Below, piece by piece: positions 8,142 to 15,880 of a stretch of DNA of 32,000 nucleotides. Source of the DNA: Candidatus Saccharimonadota bacterium (lineage in GTDB: Bacteria; Patescibacteriota; Saccharimonadia; Saccharimonadales; UBA4665); the NCBI GenBank assembly GCA_016700375.1, contig CP065016.1, positions 780,001 through 812,000 on the forward strand, given 5' to 3'. The notes below the pieces were generated by a model. It worked only from the letters and a program-made list of their open reading frames with translations, was not told the DNA's origin and made no database searches. Numbering within the stretch: position 1 is the first letter of the stretch; the number at the start of each line of letters is the position of its first letter. A program made the translations under genes and the position numbers.

Positions 8142-10712
8142 ATGCAGCTACCAAAAGTCTATGAACCAGGCGAGTACGAAACAGATATCTACGATTTATG
8201 GGAGAAGAGTGGAGCATTTGTGCCAGAAAAGCGAGGCGGTAAAGACAACTTTGCCATGGTTTTTCCGTTACCAAACGCCAACGGTAACCTTCACCTAGGT
8301 CACGGACTCACCAACGCCATTTACGACGTTGTTATTCGATACCAGCGCATGAAGGGAAATGCCGCACTCTATTTGCCGGGGGCAGACCATGCCGGGTTTG
8401 AAACACAGGTCGTATATGAAAAGAAGCTTGCCGCAGAAGGGAAGAGCCGCTTTGACTTTACCCGCGAAGAACTCTACACGCAGGTGTATGACTTCGTGCA
8501 GCAGAACAAACACAACTTCGAAAACCAGTTCCGCCGCCTCGGCGCCAGCTGCGACTGGAGCCGGTACGTCTTTACCCTAGACGAGAAAATCATTACGCGC
8601 GCCTACGCAACATTCAAACAACTATGGGATGACGGCCTGGTGTATAGAGGCGAGCGTCTGGTGAATTTCTGTACCCACCACGGTACTGCATTTGCCGACA
8701 TAGAGGTCGAGCACAAGGAAGTTTCGAGCAAACTCTGGCACATCCGCTATCCGCTCGTAGACGGCAGCGGGGAAGTGGTGGTAGCAACGACACGGCCAGA
8801 AACCATGCTCGGCGACACCGGTGTTGCCGTGCACCCTGACGACGAGCGCTATAGTGTCTTCATTGGCAAAACTGTCCGCTTGCCACTGGTAGGTAGGGAA
8901 GTACCCATTATAGCCGACGAGTTTGTCGAGCTTACATTTGGTACCGGCGCTGTAAAACTCACGCCAGCTCACGACCAAAACGACTACGATGCCGCCGAAA
9001 GACATGCGCTTCCAAAAATAACCATCATTAGCCACGAAGGAAAAATAACCGACGAAGCGCCCGAAAAGTACCGCGGTCTGAATGTCCTCGAGGGCAGGGA
9101 AGCGGTCGTACGTGACCTTGAAAACGAAGGATTTCTCGTGAAAACCGAAGATTTCACGCACAATGTCGGCCACTGTTACAAGTGCGGTACCGTCATAGAA
9201 CCAATCCTAAGGGAACAGTGGTTTATAGATATGCAACCGCTCGCGAAAGAAGCCATCAAAGCCCTCAAGGCCGACAAAATTCGTTTTTACCCGAGCGGCA
9301 AGCGCGACCAGCTTATTACCTACCTAGAAGGGCTTCGTGACTGGAACATAAGCCGGCAGATTGCCTGGGGTATACCTATACCCGCCTTCCAGAACGTCAA
9401 CGACCGCGACGATTGGATTTTTGATGACCGTGTCGACCAAGAAATACTAGAGCTGGACGGCAAAACGTATCACCGCGACCCAGATGTTTTCGACACCTGG
9501 TTTAGTAGCTCCAGCTGGCCATATGCAACACTCGACTTTCCAGACGGCGACGACTTCCACCAGTTCTACCCAACTGGTTTGCTCGACACCGGCGGCGAGA
9601 TTTTGTACCCGTGGGTCAGCCGCATGGTCATGCTTGGTCTATACGTGACTGGCGACGTACCGTTCCGAGAAGTATACATCCACGGCTACGTCATGGCGGA
9701 AGACGGTTCCAAAATGAGCAAAAGCCTTGGCAACGTTATTGACCCGCTACCCGTTATGGACAAATACGGGTCAGACGCTCTGCGCATGGGTTTGCTTGCC
9801 GGACGAAGTCCAGGGGTAAACCGAGGCTACGATAGCCGCAAGGTAGAAGAGGCGCGCAATTTCTGTAATAAGCTGTGGAATATATCTCGCTACACCCTCG
9901 AGCGGCTCGGCGAACTCACCGAAGAGCCTAACCACGAGCCGAAGACCGATGCTGAACACTGGGTGTTGAGCAAGTTACAACATACAACAGAAGTAGTGAG
10001 TGAACATTTGGAAGCATACCGCTTCAGTGAAGCCTACGATACGCTGTACCACTTTGTGTGGGACGATGTAGCCGACTGGTATATCGAAGCCAGCAAAACT
10101 ACGGAGGGCGGGGGAGTGCTCGCCTACGTTCTCGAGAACGTTCTAAAGCTTGCCCACCCGTTTGCGCCGTTCGTAACAGAGACTATTTGGCAGGTCGTAC
10201 CCTGGACGGGCACGAGCATTCTGGCCATTCAAGATTGGCCAAAAACATTTAAAACAGACAAAAAAGCCGCAGCTGACTTCGAAGAAATACAAACCATTGT
10301 CACTGAAGTACGCGCCCTTATTCGCAGCCTGGGGCTCAGGAAACCACACCTGTACTACACCGACGTACCATTCCTCTCAACTAACGCCGAGCTCATTTGT
10401 CGCTTGACCGGGCTCGACGGCGTGCGCGAGGTTACACACGGCAACGGGCTGCATTTGACTTCTACCGCCCATTCCTGCTGGCTCGACGTCGACAGCGAGA
10501 TTGCGGCCGCTCACCTTGAACAGCTTGGTGCCCAAATAAGCGCCGCGTCGGCACGAATTGCCCATCTGCACAGCCGTCTGAACAACGAAAATTACACAAA
10601 ACACGCTCCGAAAGAAGTTGTGCGTGAAACTGAAGCCCAGTTATCTGAGGCCGAAACCACCCTTGCGCGCCTGAAAACCGAGCAACTCCGTTTTGCCGAC
10701 CTGCGTGAATAG
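8142..10712 (+). CDS. valS: Valine--tRNA ligase
   Basis: 856 aa with the HIGH-type motif PNANGNLHLGHG, KMSKS, an editing-domain-sized insertion and a C-terminal coiled-coil-like region. Confidence 0.92.
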   Translation: MQLPKVYEPGEYETDIYDLWEKSGAFVPEKRGGKDNFAMVFPLPNANGNLHLGHGLTNAIYDVVIRYQRMKGNAALYLPGADHAGFETQVVYEKKLAAEGKSRFDFTREELYTQVYDFVQQNKHNFENQFRRLGASCDWSRYVFTLDEKIITRAYATFKQLWDDGLVYRGERLVNFCTHHGTAFADIEVEHKEVSSKLWHIRYPLVDGSGEVVVATTRPETMLGDTGVAVHPDDERYSVFIGKTVRLPLVGREVPIIADEFVELTFGTGAVKLTPAHDQNDYDAAERHALPKITIISHEGKITDEAPEKYRGLNVLEGREAVVRDLENEGFLVKTEDFTHNVGHCYKCGTVIEPILREQWFIDMQPLAKEAIKALKADKIRFYPSGKRDQLITYLEGLRDWNISRQIAWGIPIPAFQNVNDRDDWIFDDRVDQEILELDGKTYHRDPDVFDTWFSSSSWPYATLDFPDGDDFHQFYPTGLLDTGGEILYPWVSRMVMLGLYVTGDVPFREVYIHGYVMAEDGSKMSKSLGNVIDPLPVMDKYGSDALRMGLLAGRSPGVNRGYDSRKVEEARNFCNKLWNISRYTLERLGELTEEPNHEPKTDAEHWVLSKLQHTTEVVSEHLEAYRFSEAYDTLYHFVWDDVADWYIEASKTTEGGGVLAYVLENVLKLAHPFAPFVTETIWQVVPWTGTSILAIQDWPKTFKTDKKAAADFEEIQTIVTEVRALIRSLGLRKPHLYYTDVPFLSTNAELICRLTGLDGVREVTHGNGLHLTSTAHSCWLDVDSEIAAAHLEQLGAQISAASARIAHLHSRLNNENYTKHAPKEVVRETEAQLSEAETTLARLKTEQLRFADLRE

Positions 10713-10795
10713 CCCGCTCGGGCAGTCGTTTTTTCGTAACACCAGCGCCGTATCTGGCTAGCAAATTACAAGCCATGCTAGTACAATAGAGCTAT

Positions 10796-11641
10796 ATGGA
10801 TGAGAAGCGGTTGGGGGCCGTCGTGCAACAAGCGCGGCGAGCCGCAGGGTTCACACAGCAAACACTCTGCCAAAAATCTGGCCTGAGCTATTCGACGCTA
10901 GCCAAAATAGAGCGAGGCGCCATAAAAGCACCGTCTGTTTTTACAATTCAGCAAGTAGCAACAACGCTCGGCATTACGCTCGATCAGCTGCTTGCAAATG
11001 TTAGTACAAGGCAAAGTGCGCCTGCCGAAAAGCGCGTGTCGCAAAATGGCATTCGTTTTGTGTATTTCGACATGAATGGCTGTTTGGTGCGTGCCGCCAG
11101 CAGCGCCTTTACGCGCCTTGCAGAAGAGAGCGGGGCAGCTCCCGACACCGTAGAAACAGTGTATTGGCAGTACAACGATGCCGTTTGCCGCGGCGACAAA
11201 ACTATTGACGAACTGAACACCGCCCTCGCCGAGCGGCTCGGAATTATGGTAGATTGGTACCAATACTACCTAGATGCCCAAGAAGCCATGCCCGGTATGA
11301 GCGAGCTTGTTTCGTGGGTGGCAGAGAATTACCGAGTGGGGCTGCTAACAAACACCATGCCTGGACTGGTTCAAACCATGCAGGCAAGGGGGCTGCTGCC
11401 AGCAGTAAACTTCGAAATTATTATCGATTCTTCAGAGGTGAGAGCCATAAAACCCGAGGAGAAAATATATCAAATTGCAGCGGAGCGAACCGAGCTGTCA
11501 CCCCAAGAGATACTACTGATTGACGACGACCGGCCTAACCTAGTTGCCGCCGGTCGCCTTGGCTGGCACACCATGAAGTTTCAGTCACACCAACCGGGTG
11601 AGGCTATTGCGGCTATATACACCGCATTGCAAACCACTTAA
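10796..11641 (+). CDS. XRE-family helix-turn-helix domain fused to a HAD-like hydrolase domain
   Basis: The N-terminus QQARRAAGFTQQTLCQKSGLSYSTLAKIERG is Cro/C1-type HTH. It is followed by the HAD motifs FVYFDMNGCL (DxN instead of DxD), LLTNT, KPEEKIY and LLIDDD. Confidence 0.75.
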   Translation: MDEKRLGAVVQQARRAAGFTQQTLCQKSGLSYSTLAKIERGAIKAPSVFTIQQVATTLGITLDQLLANVSTRQSAPAEKRVSQNGIRFVYFDMNGCLVRAASSAFTRLAEESGAAPDTVETVYWQYNDAVCRGDKTIDELNTALAERLGIMVDWYQYYLDAQEAMPGMSELVSWVAENYRVGLLTNTMPGLVQTMQARGLLPAVNFEIIIDSSEVRAIKPEEKIYQIAAERTELSPQEILLIDDDRPNLVAAGRLGWHTMKFQSHQPGEAIAAIYTALQTT

Positions 11642-11658
11642 GTCTTTTCGGTTTCCCC

Positions 11659-11702
11659 CTAGGTATCAATTCTGTCCCAGCTGGGACAGAATTGATACCT
11701 AG
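11659..11702. terminator. 44-bp perfect palindrome between convergent genes (candidate bidirectional terminator or protein-binding site)
   Basis: CTAGGTATCAATTCTGTCCCAG|CTGGGACAGAATTGATACCTAG. There is no flanking U-tract on either strand. Confidence 0.5.
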
Positions 11703-11778
11703 ATGTATTAAGATCTGTTGTGCCTCTTGAGGGTTTAGCTACACCTGTCGTGCTAAAGTTAAGACGAACATAGACCCT

Positions 11779-11952
11779 CTAGAGCAGGGTAAGGCCAAGC
11801 GTCAGCAAAACCACGAAGGCAATTCCTCCGGCTATGGCAGCGCCTTTGAAAGCATCTTTACTATTACCATAGCCAGTGCGCTGTTGAAGTTTTGTGTACA
11901 CCCACGTAGCAACCCCAACGGCAAACAATAAGGCAACAAATACTGGGCTCAT
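11779..11952 (-). CDS. Small (57 aa) predicted two-helix membrane protein, not in the ORF track
   Basis: My hand translation gives MSPVFVALLFAVGVATWVYTKLQQRTGYGNSKDAFKGAAIAGGIAFVVLLTLGLTLL*. Its ATG overlaps the HIT gene stop codon (ATGA). Confidence 0.5.
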   Translation of the reverse strand: MSPVFVALLFAVGVATWVYTKLQQRTGYGNSKDAFKGAAIAGGIAFVVLLTLGLTLL

Positions 11953-12356
11953 GGAACATCCTCCATTCGTAATTTTTCGGCAGTAGCGGCAAGCGCCGGG
12001 TGGTCTGGCTCGCCGGAATCTTTATGAAATGCTTTGTCGAGTTCGTCTGGGGTATTGAAGGGCACCAAGTGAATGTGTGCATGCGGCACGTCAACACCAA
12101 CAATAAGCTCGCCCACATACGTCTTGCCAGATTTTTCGCGGAGATTGCGGGCAACTTTTTGAACTGTATCTCTTAGAGCCTGATAGTCCGAGGCAGCCAA
12201 ATCCCACACAAACTCAACCTGCTTTTTTGGCACCACAAGCGTATGACCGGGCTGTGCCGGGAAAATATCAAGGAAAGCGAATGTGTGTTCGTCTTCGTAC
12301 ACCTTGTGACAGGGGATTTCACCCTTGATAATCTTCGTAAAAATTGAGTCTTCCAT
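11949..12356 (-). CDS. HIT (histidine triad) family protein
   Basis: MEDSIFTKIIKGEIPCHKVYEDEHTFAFLDIFP...HAHIHLVP (HxHxHxx motif). The start at 12356 lies 8 nt after TATACT, so the track's N-terminal extension to 12488 is unlikely. Confidence 0.85.
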   Translation of the reverse strand: MEDSIFTKIIKGEIPCHKVYEDEHTFAFLDIFPAQPGHTLVVPKKQVEFVWDLAASDYQALRDTVQKVARNLREKSGKTYVGELIVGVDVPHAHIHLVPFNTPDELDKAFHKDSGEPDHPALAATAEKLRMEDVP

Positions 12357-12637
12357 ACCCTTAGAGTATACGGCAGCTGCTACAATAGTGCCATGACACG
12401 CATTTCGCACCAGCCAGCCTGCCAACCAGCAAAGCTGCTTGCACCGCTGGCTTCTTTGACTCATGCACATTTTTCCTTTCCAGTACATCGGCTTCGCCTC
12501 TTTTCTCGCTGCTCGGAAAGAAAAAGTAAACTTCTTTCTTTCCTGCGCGGCTGCGACACCACTCGCTGTACCTCAGTACGGCTCCTTCCGTGCTTCAAGG
12601 AGAAAATGCGCATGAGCTCAAAGTGCGAGATGCGTGC

Positions 12638-13246
12638 ATGACAGAGGTCGAGAAACTCTTACACCAAATTGACGCCCGCGGCTACACGCACGTTATTTTT
12701 GACCTCGATGCTACCTTGACGCTCCTGAACCTGCCGTGGGACGAATGGGTGGAGATGATAGCTAGGCGTCTGCCCGCCGAGCAAGCGGCTTCTTTCCGCA
12801 AAGTATCATCGCAGCCGGGTATGGCGTGGGGGCGTTACACAAATGAGCACGTCGAAAAGTACGAAACTTTTTTGCCCGCGCTGCTAGAGGCCAGCGAAGA
12901 GTTTGAACGCACCTACTTTGCACATACGCCGTATGATGAGCTGGCGGGGGCCGTTCATATGCTGGCGGGGCAGGGGAAGACGCTATACGCGTGGTCGGCA
13001 AACATGCGCACAACGGTAGAGCGCGCGCTACTAGAGCTAGGAATTCACCAGCATTTCACAAAGATTGTAACGCGCAACGATGTCCGGCTGGCCAAGCCGC
13101 ACCCCGAAGGCTGGAGCCTGTTAGACGACGGCACACCGAAAGACCGCTACCTGTTTGTGGGCGATAGTAGCAACGACGAGGGCGCAGCACGAGCGCTCGG
13201 TATCGACTACTTCGAGATTACTTTCTTCCGCCAAAACCGCCATTGA
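12638..13246 (+). CDS. HAD-IA superfamily phosphatase
   Basis: VIFDLDATLT (DxDxT), SANMRTT, LAKPHPEG and FVGDSSNDEGAARALG. Confidence 0.8.
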   Translation: MTEVEKLLHQIDARGYTHVIFDLDATLTLLNLPWDEWVEMIARRLPAEQAASFRKVSSQPGMAWGRYTNEHVEKYETFLPALLEASEEFERTYFAHTPYDELAGAVHMLAGQGKTLYAWSANMRTTVERALLELGIHQHFTKIVTRNDVRLAKPHPEGWSLLDDGTPKDRYLFVGDSSNDEGAARALGIDYFEITFFRQNRH

Positions 13247-13663
13247 ATACTTCCGACCCCGGCATCTTGCTCGGATCAATCGTGCCGTGGCAAACATAAT
13301 TACCTTTCTCGTCAAACGTAGGGGGACTAAAACATAAAGCAAGCTTTTCTCCGAGATCCCCGTTATCGTTGGTGTAATATCGTGCGCGCTGCATTGTTTC
13401 TTCTAGTGACCGCAGAGCGTGAGGTCCGTAAGCCTTGATGAAACCCCTTACCATTTGCATGCGTTCACCGATTCCCCCAGTTCGCCCGTATCCTCAAAGT
13501 ATGCGCTGACTATATGGCGTGGTGTGACTAGGTCGCCCGAACGCTCAACAGCCATAGCGAGCGTCTGGCGGTATGCTCCATATACGAAACTACGGTCTTT
13601 TCGATGCGTGGGGTCAATAGTAAGAAAATCCCCATCCTGTATACCACACCACGAGTTTCGCAC
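13218..13663 (-). pseudogene. Possible frameshifted gene remnant (two overlapping ORFs, no recognisable family)
   Basis: ORFs 13448..13663 and 13218..13460 overlap in adjacent frames, and both frames stay open across the junction. The 3' end overlaps the HAD gene on the opposite strand. Confidence 0.3.
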
Positions 13664-13731
13664 TCCCCAATTCTTTGCTAGCCTAGAAGCATGACGTCAG
13701 TCATGCTTTTTCGTAAACAAGGAAAATAAAC

Positions 13732-14574
13732 ATGTCTCGTTCAAAATGTTCTCGTGAGCTGTACTGCTCATTCCTGGAGGTCACCTCCTCACGGTATTCT
13801 GCGCTCAGCTTGAGCGAAGTAGCCCCAGACAATGCCATGCTCTCTCACGACAGCGTCTCCCGTTGGCTAGCATCTGAAAAGATACAGCCCAAAGACCTGT
13901 GGCAAGCTGCCGCTTAAGGAAGTTCGCGCCACTCCTGGCATTTTGGTCTTCGATGATGTCGTCATCGACAAAAGCCGAAGCGGCAAGATGGAGCTTGTGA
14001 ACTGGCAGCATGCGGGAAGTAAGCATGACATCACCAGAGGGATTGGCGTTGTAAATGCGTTGTGGCAAGTAGATACAGAACACTACATTCCTATGGACTA
14101 CCGCATCTGGAACCCGCCAGAAGACGGCAAGACTAAGAATGATCACTTCCAGGATATGCTGAGTAGCACAAGACAGAGAGGGCTACGCCCGGAGATGGTT
14201 GTTGCGGATAGCTGGTACGGCTCTCTAAAAAACCTTAAGGCAGTTCGCTCTCATGGCTGGGACTGGGTCATGGGGCTGAGGAGCAACCGGTTAGTCGGTA
14301 AGCCACATATCCAGCTCAGAGAGTTAGATATACCAGATACAGGCTTGGTGACATATCTGAAAGGCTATGGGTGGATCAGAGTCTTCCGGTTTGAGGCCAG
14401 TAACGGCCGCACGGATTATGTTGGTACAAGTCGTACTGACCTCACCCGCGAACAAGTCAAGAAATACTTCGAGCGCCGTTGGAGTGTCGAGGTACTGCAT
14501 CGAGAGCTCAAACAAACCTGTGGCTTATCCCGCTGTCAGGCCAATCTTAGCCGAGCCCAAAGAAACCACATTGG
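13732..14574 (+). pseudogene. IS701/IS4-superfamily DDE transposase, frameshifted and 3'-truncated
   Basis: VFDDVVIDKS, VVADSWYGS and YFERRWSVEVLHRELK (a Y-2-R-3-E-6-K-like signature). The frame changes near 13900 (stop at 13915-13917). The ORF is cut after ..QRNHIG by the IS starting at 14575. Confidence 0.75.
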
Positions 14575-15650
14575 GAGTTATAGGCAAAAACGTGTTGGTT
14601 TTCTCCCCTCGCTTCGTGTATAAAGGTACCAATTAACAAGCACTCGTTGGTGCTCACGAGACATGCCTCTATGGTACTTTAGTTTGGTTCGGATTTGGCT
14701 GTTCATGCCACCCTCAACATGGTTTGTGGTGCTTGGCAGTTCTGCGTGTGGTCGGTAGCTTGAACGAAGCGCATCATCTGTGACTTTATCGAGCTGACGG
14801 TAGGCACTACGGAGTCGTTCGTGGGTGTACCGCCAGCTCCTTTCTCTTGGTTTTGGGTAAGGTTTTACGGTTCGTTCGTTGACATAGTTTTGGTGCCGCT
14901 TGTACCAACGTCTTAGTCTTTGTTTCCAGTGCCTGGCATGTTTTCGTGTCCTAACATGGAGCAAATCTTTGGTGAGTACGAGCAGCTCTTTTCCTGCAAT
15001 TGACTCAGGATGCAGTGTCAGTTTTGTTTTTACATTAAGCCAGATATGGAATCGACAGCGCTGGACGATCGTACCAGGCCAACAGAGGGGAAGAGCCTTC
15101 AGGAGGCCTTTCTGGCCGTCACAAACAACGTAGGTAGGTGCAGGCAGTGAGGCGAGGAACGTGGCCCAGTATGTACTACTTTCGTATGGTACCCACATCC
15201 AGGCAATAACAAACATAGTCGTTCGGGCAATGAGGCAGACGTGGCCGCTAACACGGATGCCATCAACGATGACACAGTGATGACATTCACCCCTCAGCAC
15301 ACTCGGCACGGGCACGCCCCAGCACCAGGCAGTCTGGTCACGAAACGTTCGGCTAGCCGCAGCTAAGTCGTCCTGAGAATCCTTGCCGAGCAACCAAGAC
15401 ATGAATCCCTCAAACACAAACACTCGCCGTAAGTCTGGTCGTGGCTTTGTGGCTGTGAGGCTACACACAGGACACCTCCATCGCTGCTTCCCAGCACCTG
15501 TCTTGCCCCATTTCTGGAGCTTAGTTTTACACACACGACAATAGCGAAAACCTCTCTGTTTCATAGGTAAGTAATGTCTACCGACATTACTTATGAGTCA
15601 ATAACAGAGGTAAAAGTGGTGAAACACCAACACGAGGGTGCCTATAACTC
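14575..15650 (-). mobile_element. IS element copy 1 (1076 bp), no target-site duplication
   Basis: Co-linear with 22534..23609 (offset 7959) and, as far as I can read, identical to it. The terminal IRs are GAGTTATAGGCA(N4)CGTGTTGGT. The flanks cacattgg and cgtgtttg do not match. Confidence 0.9.
14578..15564 (-). CDS. DDE transposase with N-terminal CxxC..CxxC zinc ribbon and MULE/IS256-like core
   Basis: 328 aa with YCRVCKTKLQKWGKTGAGKQRWRCPVC, VIVDG, VVCDGQKGL...QRCRFH and TNHVEGGMNSQIR. The family assignment (IS256-like versus IS1-like) is uncertain. Confidence 0.88.
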   Translation of the reverse strand: MKQRGFRYCRVCKTKLQKWGKTGAGKQRWRCPVCSLTATKPRPDLRRVFVFEGFMSWLLGKDSQDDLAAASRTFRDQTAWCWGVPVPSVLRGECHHCVIVDGIRVSGHVCLIARTTMFVIAWMWVPYESSTYWATFLASLPAPTYVVCDGQKGLLKALPLCWPGTIVQRCRFHIWLNVKTKLTLHPESIAGKELLVLTKDLLHVRTRKHARHWKQRLRRWYKRHQNYVNERTVKPYPKPRERSWRYTHERLRSAYRQLDKVTDDALRSSYRPHAELPSTTNHVEGGMNSQIRTKLKYHRGMSREHQRVLVNWYLYTRSEGRKPTRFCL

Positions 15651-15880
15651 CGTGTTTGGTATATACTCCTCATCTGGAGTACTAAAGGGCGGCGATATAT
15701 GTGCTTGCCATACGTCCCTATCTAGTAATGAAGGGCTAGGAACGCTCTTTTGTGCTGCGTGTGTTGGGTTCATTTTTGTTTCATTAAATCCGATGTACAA
15801 TATAGCACAATATTTGCTAAAATGCAATTTTACACTATAAATTTTGTCTTTGGGGCAGGGTGGGGTGAAACGCGCCTCTG

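Noticed and set aside
8014-8274. 86-aa minus-strand ORF spanning the duplicated tsaD end and the valS start.
   Set aside because: It overlaps the valS promoter and 5' coding region and the orphan tsaD fragment on the opposite strand. It is better explained by those features.
8295-10776. Numerous 60-180-aa ORFs antisense to or out of frame within valS (for example 8622..9173, 10462..10776).
   Set aside because: They lie entirely inside a well-supported 856-aa aaRS gene. They have no recognisable motifs and are typical shadow ORFs of moderately GC-rich coding sequence.
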